From a virus (taxonomy: Duplodnaviria; Heunggongvirae; Uroviricota; Caudoviricetes): 20,528 nt of DNA. This document shows positions 1 to 6,795 of the stretch, in pieces. The stretch spans positions 1 through 20,528 of the IMG/VR virus record IMGVR_UViG_2778261537_000015; one strand, written 5' to 3'. The notes below the pieces were generated by a model, which searched no databases, was not told where the DNA came from, and saw nothing but the letters and a program-made list of their open reading frames with translations. Numbering within the stretch: the first letter of the stretch is position 1; each line of letters opens with the position of its first letter. The translations under genes and the position numbers were made by a program.

Positions 1-1248
1 ATGGCACTGAATATTCCATTCAGAAATGCGTACTATCGTTTTGCATCCAGTTACTCATTTCTCTTTTTTATTTCCTGGTCGCTGTGGTGGTCGTTATACG
101 CTATTTGGCTGAAAGGACATCTAGGGTTGACAGGGACGGAATTAGGTACACTTTATTCGGTCAACCAGTTTACCAGCATTCTATTTATGATGTTCTACGG
201 CATCGTTCAGGATAAACTCGGTCTGAAGAAACCGCTCATCTGGTGTATGAGTTTCATCCTGGTCTTGACCGGACCGTTTATGATTTACGTTTATGAACCG
301 TTACTGCAAAGCAATTTTTCTGTAGGTCTAATTCTGGGGGCGCTCTTTTTTGGCCTGGGGTATCTGGCGGGATGCGGTTTGCTTGACAGCTTCACCGAAA
401 AAATGGCGCGAAATTTTCATTTCGAATATGGAACAGCGCGCGCCTGGGGATCTTTTGGCTATGCTATTGGCGCGTTCTTTGCCGGCATATTTTTTAGTAT
501 CAGTCCCCATATCAACTTCTGGTTGGTCTCGCTATTTGGCGCTGTATTTATGATGATCAACATGTGTTTTAAAGATAAGGATCACCAGTGCGTAGCGGCG
601 GATGCGGGAGGGGTAAAAAAAGAGGATTTTATCGCAGTTTTCAAGGATCGAAACTTCTGGGTTTTCGTCATATTTATTGTGGGGACGTGGTCTTTCTATA
701 ACATTTTTGATCAACAACTTTTTCCTGTCTTTTATGCAGGTTTATTCGAATCACACGATGTAGGAACGCGCCTGTATGGTTATCTCAACTCATTCCAGGT
801 GGTACTCGAAGCGCTATGCATGGCGATTATTCCTTTCTTTGTGAATCGGGTAGGGCCAAAAAATGCATTACTTATCGGTGTTGTGATTATGGCGTTGCGT
901 ATCCTTTCCTGCGCGCTGTTCGTTAACCCCTGGATTATTTCATTAGTGAAGCTGTTACATGCTATTGAGGTTCCACTTTGTGTCATATCCGTCTTCAAAT
1001 ACAGCGAGGCAAATTTTGATAAGCGCCTGTCGTCGACGATCTTTCTGATTGGTTTTCAAATTGCCAGTTCGCTTGGGATTGTGCTGCTTTCAACGCCGAC
1101 TGGGATACTCTTTGACCACGCAGGCTACCAGACAGTTTTCTTCGCAATTTCGGGTATTGTCTGCCTGATGTTGCTATTTGGCATTTTCTTCTTGAGTAAA
1201 AAACGCGAGCAAATAGTTATGGAAACGCCTGTACCTTCAGCAATATAG
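1..1248 (+). CDS. cscB: Sucrose:H+ symporter CscB (MFS, LacY-type oligosaccharide:H+ symporter), full length 415 aa
   Basis: Protein MALNIPFRNAYYRFASSYSFLFF... matches my memory of E. coli CscB essentially end to end. It shows a multi-TM MFS pattern with the loop motif GIVQDKLGLKK. ATG at nt 1, TAG at 1246-1248. Confidence 0.9.
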   Translation: MALNIPFRNAYYRFASSYSFLFFISWSLWWSLYAIWLKGHLGLTGTELGTLYSVNQFTSILFMMFYGIVQDKLGLKKPLIWCMSFILVLTGPFMIYVYEPLLQSNFSVGLILGALFFGLGYLAGCGLLDSFTEKMARNFHFEYGTARAWGSFGYAIGAFFAGIFFSISPHINFWLVSLFGAVFMMINMCFKDKDHQCVAADAGGVKKEDFIAVFKDRNFWVFVIFIVGTWSFYNIFDQQLFPVFYAGLFESHDVGTRLYGYLNSFQVVLEALCMAIIPFFVNRVGPKNALLIGVVIMALRILSCALFVNPWIISLVKLLHAIEVPLCVISVFKYSEANFDKRLSSTIFLIGFQIASSLGIVLLSTPTGILFDHAGYQTVFFAISGIVCLMLLFGIFFLSKKREQIVMETPVPSAI

Positions 1249-1256
1249 ACGTAAAC

Positions 1257-1300
1257 TTTTCCGGTTGTTGTCGATATCTCCCTATCCCTCAACCGGAAAA
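1257..1300 (+). terminator. Inverted repeat just downstream of cscB (possible terminator hairpin)
   Basis: TTTTCCGGTTG (1257-1267) pairs with CAACCGGAAAA (1290-1300), an 11-bp stem starting 9 nt after the cscB stop. The loop is long (22 nt) and no clean T-run follows. Confidence 0.3.
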
Positions 1301-1688
1301 TAATAATACTAAAGTGCTTAGCCCTGCTAATAATCACCTAATCCAAACGCCTCATTCATGTTCTGGTACAGTCGCTCAAATGTACTTCAGATGCGCGGTT
1401 CGCTGATTTCCAGGACATTGTCGTCATTCAGCGACCTGTCCCGTGTATCACGGTCCTGCGAATTCATCAAGGAATGCATTGCGGAGTGAAGTATCGAGTC
1501 ACGCCATATTTCGCTATCAGGATTCTGTGTGATGGTTACATCGCCCGGCCCAGGGCTGTTTAGTCATCAGCGCTTTCTGACAGTGCTGAGATTTCAACCT
1601 GTTGCAGTAAAAATGAGTAGATATAAGGCAAGTGTGCTGCCAAACCTATCTTTTACGGGGTGAAGGTAGATTTCGTTTGAAGGGTATC

Positions 1689-1703
1689 TGGTGTCCCCTG
1701 CAG
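1689..1703. repeat. att core copy distal to the tRNA (TGGTGTCCCCTGCAG)
   Basis: 15/15 identity with 19446-19460, the 3' end of argW. The flanks diverge immediately on the left and after the core on the right (ACATC versus GAATC). Confidence 0.85.
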
Positions 1704-1761
1704 ACATCTACTTGAGGCGGCAGGGGATTGATTGGAATGGTATTTTTTGGATGTGAAAAAT

Positions 1762-1782
1762 ATTTTACCCGCTATTTTACCC
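1762..1782. promoter_or_regulatory. Two direct ATTTTACCC repeats (candidate integrase arm-type or RDF sites) in the torI-proximal arm
   Basis: ATTTTACCC occurs at 1762-1770 and 1774-1782. The same 9-mer family is clustered four times at 19285-19329 in the other arm. Confidence 0.5.
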
Positions 1783-1977
1783 ATTGGCGCGGCTTAAGAG
1801 CTTATTTTTGAATTCACAATGGTCACGATATAACCATCTTGCTCGCCCGTGGATAACTTTGGCTTTAGGCAGGTCTCCGGACTTAATCCGGTCATAGATG
1901 AAGGTTTTACCGAAGCCAGTATCGGCCATGATGAATTTCAAATCAACCAGTGAATCAGGTTGTAGTTCGTGTTGCAT
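1777..1977 (-). CDS. torI: Excisionase / recombination directionality factor TorI (AlpA/Xis-type winged helix), 66 aa
   Basis: Protein MQHELQPDSLVDLKFIMADTGFGKTFIYDRIKSGDLPKAKVIHGRARWLYRDHCEFKNKLLSRANG matches my memory of K-12 TorI. It lies at the opposite end of the element from the integrase, as in KplE1. Confidence 0.85.
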   Translation of the reverse strand: MQHELQPDSLVDLKFIMADTGFGKTFIYDRIKSGDLPKAKVIHGRARWLYRDHCEFKNKLLSRANG

Positions 1978-1996
1978 GAGTGCTATCTCCGAATAG

Positions 1997-2012
1997 GGAA
2001 TCGAACCTGCAA
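1997..2012. repeat. Second tRNA-derived fragment (GGAATCGAACCTGCAA)
   Basis: 16/16 identity with argW positions 19460-19475, the T-arm segment that continues directly from the att core. It lies in the torI upstream region. Confidence 0.5.
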
Positions 2013-2034
2013 ATCAGGCAATAAAAAACCGCCA

Positions 2035-2202
2035 TCAGGCGTTTTTGTGTTCTTTCAGTTCTTCAATTCGAATATTGGTTACGTCTGCATGTGCTATCTG
2101 CGCCCATATCATCCAGTGGTTATAGCAGTCGTTGATGTCCTCTGCTTCGATAACTCTGTTGAATGGTTCTCCATTCCATTCACCTGTGACTCGGAAGTGC
2201 AT
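2035..2202 (-). CDS. Hypothetical small phage protein, 55 aa (below the ORF-track cutoff)
   Basis: Manual translation gives MHFRVTGEWNGEPFNRVIEAEDINDCYNHWMIWAQIAHADVTNIRIEELKEHKNA. ATG at 2202-2200 with GGAG 9 nt upstream. The stop TGA (2037-2035) sits in the loop of a short hairpin followed by a T-run. No family recognised. Confidence 0.5.
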   Translation of the reverse strand: MHFRVTGEWNGEPFNRVIEAEDINDCYNHWMIWAQIAHADVTNIRIEELKEHKNA

Positions 2203-2212
2203 TTATCATCTC

Positions 2213-2240
2213 CATAAAACAAAACTCGCCGTAGCGAGTT
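2213..2240 (-). terminator. Rho-independent terminator candidate (minus strand)
   Basis: AACTCGC (2223-2229) pairs with GCGAGTT (2234-2240), a 7-bp stem with a 4-nt loop. On the minus strand it is followed by TTTTGTTTT (complement of 2213-2222). Confidence 0.5.
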
Positions 2241-2242
2241 CA

Positions 2243-2273
2243 GATAAAAGAAATCCCCGCGAGTGCGAGGATT
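2243..2273 (-). terminator. Rho-independent terminator candidate after the ASCH gene (minus strand)
   Basis: An imperfect hairpin AATCCCCGCGAGTGCGAGGATT spans 2252-2273, starting 2 nt after the ASCH stop. On the minus strand it is followed by TCTTTTAT. Confidence 0.45.
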
Positions 2274-2274
2274 G

Positions 2275-2559
2275 TTATTCATTGCCGATATTTACCTTTA
2301 TCGCGAACACCTTTACCGGTTTATCGCCGAAGTGCAGATGTGTGATTGTCTTGATTTCATATCCGTCATACGGAACATCAATTCTGCGGCTGGAGTCGTC
2401 GCGCTTCGGATATCCCTTTGTGATAATCAGGCGGTCATACTCCCGGAACATAATTCGCTTATTCCAATAGTCATTACACAGGCGATACTCTTCCGTTTTC
2501 TCCCCGCGAATCATGGCATCGAAGTATTCACCTTTGACAGCAAGTTGCAGGTTAGCCAC
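2275..2559 (-). CDS. ASCH-domain-like small phage protein, 94 aa
   Basis: The N-terminal pattern LAVKGEYFDAMIRGEKTEEYRL is typical of ASCH/PUA-like beta-barrel proteins. It overlaps the upstream gene by 8 nt, suggesting operon coupling. Confidence 0.6.
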   Translation of the reverse strand: MANLQLAVKGEYFDAMIRGEKTEEYRLCNDYWNKRIMFREYDRLIITKGYPKRDDSSRRIDVPYDGYEIKTITHLHFGDKPVKVFAIKVNIGNE

Positions 2560-2836
2560 GACCTTCCTCCTTTGGCTTGTGAATTTGTATCGTCATGCCG
2601 CTTTGAGTGGTGACTACAACGACAGAACCAGGCTGAAGACTGTTAAGATTGAATGCTTCGTAAAACGAATCCAATGCCAGTGCTTTTTTATTCTTTCGGT
2701 TCAACCAACGCCATCCCCTGCTACAGGCTACACTGACAATCCACTGTCCACTCCTGTAAGCCATATAAAACCAGATGAGCAAAACCTGAAGGAAGGCCAT
2801 CCAGTCAATAATTGTATATTTTGCGAGGGAGTCCAT
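2552..2836 (-). CDS. Hypothetical small membrane protein, 94 aa
   Basis: One clear hydrophobic helix (IIDWMAFLQVLLIWFYMAY). The start overlaps the stop of the upstream gene by 1 nt (shared position 2836). No family recognised. Confidence 0.55.
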   Translation of the reverse strand: MDSLAKYTIIDWMAFLQVLLIWFYMAYRSGQWIVSVACSRGWRWLNRKNKKALALDSFYEAFNLNSLQPGSVVVVTTQSGMTIQIHKPKEEGRG

Positions 2837-3555
2837 TACTTCACCTCCTGCGGCGGTTCTGGTAGCGGCATCCAGTGAGTTGCCTGCTCAATACCATTAC
2901 CCGGCTTAATCGTTGCTTCTCCTCGCCGGAATGTGCTTCCTGTATAGCGTGCGGAGCATATTAGCGGTTCAACCAGAGAGCTATCGAAATTCACCGAAAT
3001 AAGCACGTTCTGGTTCTTTTCAGGCATCCGCTCACTACAGCTTATCCAACCATCCGGAGTTGCCGGAGAGTTGCACGATGGCTCGTTCAACTTGCAAGTT
3101 TGGCTTACAGGTTCGGCTTCCAGTTCTGCTATGCGCTTTTCTGAGGCTTCAAGTAACGCCTGCTTATCGCGTAGCGCTTCTTCCAGTTCAGCAACATGGC
3201 ATTCACTATCAATAAGGTTGTTCTCTGCTGCTTCCAGCTCAACACGCAGCTTCCCTACCGTTAGTGCAATATCCTCGTTCTCCTGGTCGCGGCGTTTGAT
3301 GTATTGCTGGTTTCTTTCCCGTTCATCCAGCAGCGCCTGCACTACTTCAGGGTTGAAAGCTGCGATATAACGAGCGTTGTTCTCTGCATTTTTCTGTCCA
3401 TCAAAGCCGGTCCATTTGATAACGTCTTCACATCGTTTATCACCGGGCGTATGCACCGCATACGTACCAGTACCCGGCGAAATAAATGCGACCCATTCGC
3501 TTTGTGTTGCCTGTTTTGCTATCTCACGCAGTGCCTGATAGTCAATCTTGCTCAC
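2836..3555 (-). CDS. Ead/Ea22-like protein fused to a DUF551-like C-terminal domain, 239 aa
   Basis: The N-terminus MSKIDYQALREIAKQATQSEW plus a central coiled coil (LRVELEAAENN...AELEEAL...RIAELEAE) resembles lambdoid Ead/Ea22 proteins. The C-terminal motif THWMPLPEPP is typical of DUF551. GTG start with AAAGGAGG upstream. Confidence 0.65.
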   Translation of the reverse strand: MSKIDYQALREIAKQATQSEWVAFISPGTGTYAVHTPGDKRCEDVIKWTGFDGQKNAENNARYIAAFNPEVVQALLDERERNQQYIKRRDQENEDIALTVGKLRVELEAAENNLIDSECHVAELEEALRDKQALLEASEKRIAELEAEPVSQTCKLNEPSCNSPATPDGWISCSERMPEKNQNVLISVNFDSSLVEPLICSARYTGSTFRRGEATIKPGNGIEQATHWMPLPEPPQEVK

Positions 3556-3734
3556 TGGTTGCCTCCTTTGCGAAGCTCTGCGGCGAACTCGTTAAGTGAT
3601 ATGTAGCAATATCCAAATGTTAACGAACCGCTCGACTGCATAACGGGGAGCAATGGCTTGTTGTTGAGCCAATAGAGTTGTGGCCTGACTGGTGCCGGCT
3701 GATTGCTGTATTGCAGGTAAGCCCATGAATGATT
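3552..3734 (-). pseudogene. 5'-truncated remnant of a leftward early gene
   Basis: A minus-strand frame is open from 3734 to a TGA at 3554-3552 that overlaps the GTG start of the next gene. The C-terminus reads ...ISLNEFAAELRKGGNQ. The only ATG would give 28 aa with no SD, and the upstream half does not look coding. Confidence 0.45.
3624..3728 (+). pseudogene. 5'-truncated remnant of a rightward late (head-tail joining region) gene
   Basis: A plus-strand frame is open only from 3624 (after TAA 3621-3623). It ends ...GEQWLVVEPIELWPDWCRLIAVLQVSP with a TGA at 3726-3728 overlapping the ATG (3725) of the first tail gene (ATGA coupling). It has no start codon of its own. Confidence 0.45.
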
Positions 3735-4240
3735 TCACTGTCGATAATATTATCGATGTACTTGCTGGCTACATAGAACCTATCGCTGGTAAATGCCTGC
3801 AGGCTCAGGCTAACCGTGTACCAATGCCCAAAGATCAGTTCTGTATCCTGACCCCTTTGCGATTCACCAGACTATCCACGACGAGAGAGCTTAAGCAAGA
3901 TACCGGCTCTCCGGACACAAGCACCATGGGATATACGGAAGTTCGCCAGGCTGATATTCAGGTAGATATCTATGGTCAGGGGGCAGGGGATAGAGCTATT
4001 GCACTGGAAACAACATTCACCAGTGGATATGGCTACGACATCATCAAGGCTATTGATGCACGGCTTGCGCCGCTTTACTCATCTCCTGCCATTCAGGCGC
4101 CGATGATCAACGCCGAGAGTCAGTGGCAGGAGCGTTACACGTTAACTCTTTCCCTGCAAGCACACATCACCGTGTCGTTCCAGCAGGACTATTTCGACAA
4201 AGCAGAAATTTCAACTGAACAGGTGGATAACCGCCCATGA
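3725..4240 (+). CDS. Tail terminator / tail completion (neck-proximal) protein-like, 171 aa
   Basis: This is the first gene of the tail block and lies directly upstream of the sheath gene, overlapping it by 4 nt. ATG 3725 is preferred over the GTG at 3692 because of the ATGA coupling with the upstream remnant. The family call rests on position and size only. Confidence 0.55.
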   Translation: MNDFTVDNIIDVLAGYIEPIAGKCLQAQANRVPMPKDQFCILTPLRFTRLSTTRELKQDTGSPDTSTMGYTEVRQADIQVDIYGQGAGDRAIALETTFTSGYGYDIIKAIDARLAPLYSSPAIQAPMINAESQWQERYTLTLSLQAHITVSFQQDYFDKAEISTEQVDNRP

Positions 4241-5727
4241 GCACAATCCCTTTATCTGTAGATTTTAATATCACGCCCAATGTCGTTACGCCTGCCGGTT
4301 CTGCGGTTGATGCTAACGGCCTGATGTTGACCGATAACGAGCTTATCCCGGTTGGCGCGGTACAATCTTATTACTCCTCATCTGATGTATCAGCTTTGAT
4401 GGGGAGTGAATCGAAAGAATTCCTCGCAGCACAACAGTATTTTAACGGATACGAAAATTCATCAGTTATTCCTGGTGAACTACTGATGTATCGTATTGTT
4501 ACTTCACCAGTGGCTGGGCATCTTCTGTCCGGCAACCTGAAAGGTGTTACCCTAGCAACACTGAAAGCTATTCCAGCAGGAACAATCACCCTTTCCATTG
4601 ACGGTGAGTCGACTACCAGCACATCAATTGATTTGTCCACAGCCACAAGTTTTAGTGATATTGCGTCCAAGTTGCAGGTTGGAATTGGTGAAAGCAAGGT
4701 GGTGGTTGAATGGTTGCCAATCGCTAACCGATTCATCATTCGCTCTGCCACTACTGGCGCAGAGAGTGAAGTGTCTTATGCCTCTGCTGGCGCTCTGGCT
4801 GCCGGGTTATTACTGACGCAGGATTCCGCAGCGATTGTATCACCGGGTTCTGATGCGGTAACGCTGACAGATACGATGAATAACATCATCAACGGCAACC
4901 AGAACTGGATCCTGTTTAACTCGCTGGTCGAACTGACCGATGACCAGAAAACAGAATTGTGCGCATGGGCAAGCAGCAGTAAAAACCGGTTTGGATATGT
5001 TGTTCACGACACCACTTCAGCAGGAACGGTAGCCAATAATGCCAATTGCTTTGTGCAGAAAGTGGTTGTGGCAAATGGCTACGAGAACATTTTTCCGGTG
5101 TACGGAACATACCTGTATAGCGTTACAGCACTGGCATATGCTGCATCCGTGGATTTTGCACGCACCAATGGGCGTATCTCGTTCAAGTTCCGTGGATTTT
5201 CAGGGTTAGCACCCAACGTAAGCGATCTGGCGACCGCTAAGGCACTGAAGTCAAACGGTTACAACTTCTACGGCTCATACAGCCTGAACAAAACAATGGC
5301 GCAGTACGCATCTGATGGTGCCATTACTGGCAAGTTTGTATGGCTGGACAGTTTTATTAATCAGGTATGGATTAATGCCAATCTGGTTAGTGCTTTTGCC
5401 AACCTGTTCACCAATAACCAGTCTTACCCGTTCAATGAGACAGGATACGGCGCAGTTTCTGCTGCTGTTATTGATGTTTCTGAACAGGCTCTCAATTTCG
5501 GGGCTATTCAGCGTGGCGTGAAACTTGATAATGCGCAAACCAGAATTGTGAATAACACAGTTGGAAAAGATATCTCATCGACGCTGTATTCACAGGGCTG
5601 GTTCCTGTACATCCCGACACAGTCAGGCTCTGCACGCATTGAGCGAGATCTGAAAGGTGTCATTTTTTATTATGTCGATGGGCAACTTATTCAGTCCATC
5701 ACGATGTCCTCAACCGCGATTTTATAA
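4237..5727 (+). CDS. Contractile tail sheath protein (DUF3383-type), 496 aa
   Basis: The N-terminus MSTIPLSVDFNITPNVVTPAGSA...LTDNELIPVGAVQSY...AAQQYFNGYENSSVIPGELL fits the DUF3383 sheath-like family as I recall it. Size and position (before the tube gene) agree. Confidence 0.75.
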   Translation: MSTIPLSVDFNITPNVVTPAGSAVDANGLMLTDNELIPVGAVQSYYSSSDVSALMGSESKEFLAAQQYFNGYENSSVIPGELLMYRIVTSPVAGHLLSGNLKGVTLATLKAIPAGTITLSIDGESTTSTSIDLSTATSFSDIASKLQVGIGESKVVVEWLPIANRFIIRSATTGAESEVSYASAGALAAGLLLTQDSAAIVSPGSDAVTLTDTMNNIINGNQNWILFNSLVELTDDQKTELCAWASSSKNRFGYVVHDTTSAGTVANNANCFVQKVVVANGYENIFPVYGTYLYSVTALAYAASVDFARTNGRISFKFRGFSGLAPNVSDLATAKALKSNGYNFYGSYSLNKTMAQYASDGAITGKFVWLDSFINQVWINANLVSAFANLFTNNQSYPFNETGYGAVSAAVIDVSEQALNFGAIQRGVKLDNAQTRIVNNTVGKDISSTLYSQGWFLYIPTQSGSARIERDLKGVIFYYVDGQLIQSITMSSTAIL

Positions 5728-5738
5728 GGGAATAAATC

Positions 5739-6173
5739 ATGCCTATCGATATTACCTCGGCAAACAGTAAGCTGCGAATCGTCGTACCCGCTTACTACCC
5801 TGGCGGTTTTGATGTTGACGACTACGCAGCTGATAACATGTTTGAAACTGGTGCGTTACAGAACAAAGAAGACATGATGTCAGCGGACGGTAAATACCAT
5901 GCTGGTTTTATCTTTAACCCGACAGAGTTCACCATCAACCTGATGCCCACATCCAATGCTGGCTCGCTGATTGATGACTGGTATGCAGCGGAGAGAACCG
6001 CAATTTCAGCGTTTCAGTGTAATGCGGTGCTTACAGTTCCGGCTCTCGGCGCGAAATGGAATTTTGTGAACGGGGTTCTTTATACATGGACTCCAACCCC
6101 TCCGGGTCGGCGCGTACTGCAACCACGCCCGGCAGTATTTCACTTTGAGTCTGTAACACGGAGCACTATCTGA
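5739..6173 (+). CDS. Tail tube protein (DUF3277-type), 144 aa
   Basis: It lies immediately after the sheath gene, has the expected size, and has AAGGGA 7 nt upstream of the ATG. The call is mainly by synteny. Confidence 0.65.
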   Translation: MPIDITSANSKLRIVVPAYYPGGFDVDDYAADNMFETGALQNKEDMMSADGKYHAGFIFNPTEFTINLMPTSNAGSLIDDWYAAERTAISAFQCNAVLTVPALGAKWNFVNGVLYTWTPTPPGRRVLQPRPAVFHFESVTRSTI

Positions 6174-6580
6174 TGGCACGTAAAGAAATCCCCTTTATCG
6201 TGGAAGACGATAATCGCGACAATGGGAAAGAGTTCATTATCACAGAGATGTCGGCATGGGATGCCGACGAACTGGCACAGGATTTATTCCGCTCCATGGG
6301 GGAATCGGGATTCTCTGGTATTCCTGCTGATGTGATTGCCATGGGGTGTGCTGGCCTTGCCACCCTTGGTCTGAATGTTCTTTCTGCCGCATCGCCGGAA
6401 GTCGCCAGAAAACTTCGTGATCGCCTGATGTCAACTGTGCAAATTGTGATTACACACGAAGGCAGCAGACAGGTGCGAACCGTGAAGCCTGTCGACTTTG
6501 AAGAGCTATCAACCATTCGTCAGGTAATGGATAAGGTATTTAAAGTCAATTTTGATTTTTTAACGATCGCCGGAGAGTGA
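6173..6580 (+). CDS. Tail assembly chaperone, short form, 135 aa
   Basis: An acidic small protein between the tube and tape measure genes. Its start overlaps the tube stop (TGATG). A -1-frame ORF follows, as in G/GT chaperone pairs. Confidence 0.7.
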   Translation: MARKEIPFIVEDDNRDNGKEFIITEMSAWDADELAQDLFRSMGESGFSGIPADVIAMGCAGLATLGLNVLSAASPEVARKLRDRLMSTVQIVITHEGSRQVRTVKPVDFEELSTIRQVMDKVFKVNFDFLTIAGE

Positions 6581-6795
6581 AGTACCCGTTCATGGAGGAG
6601 GAGACTCTTCCGGCAAAACTCGTTAGCCCCGTAAACGTCACACCATCAATGAACGCCATTATCTGTTCAGGAAAAGCCACTTATACCGATTTGCAGGAAA
6701 GGTTATCTGTTCGTGATATGTATAACCTTCTGGAAATTATCTCGGTGGAATCATTTAACAAGCGGGTCTGGAATAAACATCAGGAGCAGCGATGA
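6173..6795 (+). CDS. Tail assembly chaperone, predicted -1 frameshifted long form (G-T-like)
   Basis: The slippery heptamer T_TTT_TTA lies in the zero frame at 6556-6562. The -1 frame is open from there to the TGA at 6793-6795, which overlaps the tape measure ATG. Confidence 0.5.
6556..6562 (+). other. Candidate programmed -1 ribosomal frameshift site (T TTT TTA)
   Basis: Codons 128-130 of the chaperone are GAT TTT TTA, which gives X_XXY_YYZ in frame 19 nt before the zero-frame stop. Confidence 0.5.

Noticed and set aside
1301..1688. Non-coding stretch between cscB and the att core, considered as a degraded gene or sRNA
   Set aside because: Only very short frames exist (for example 29 and 43 codons), with no SD or recognisable similarity. 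I cannot support any call. It is probably the ancestral argW-distal flank or a csc insertion junction.
1969..2878. Plus-strand ORFs of 82-121 aa (1969-2217, 2132-2470, 2263-2613, 2513-2878)
   Set aside because: They run antisense to the coherent leftward gene string (55-aa ORF, ASCH, membrane protein), which has SDs, overlaps and terminators. The plus-strand products are Cys/Ser/Arg-rich and look non-coding.
4371..4751. 126-aa minus-strand ORF, plus other short ORFs inside the sheath gene (4598-4816, 4916-5110, 5275-5538, 5315-5521)
   Set aside because: All are embedded in the 496-aa sheath gene, and none has independent signals.
6166..6516. 116-aa minus-strand ORF (and the 64-aa ORF at 6240-6434)
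   Set aside because: Both are antisense to the tail chaperone gene inside a tightly coupled plus-strand operon. The composition is Ser/Arg-rich, typical of the reverse frame of a coding region.
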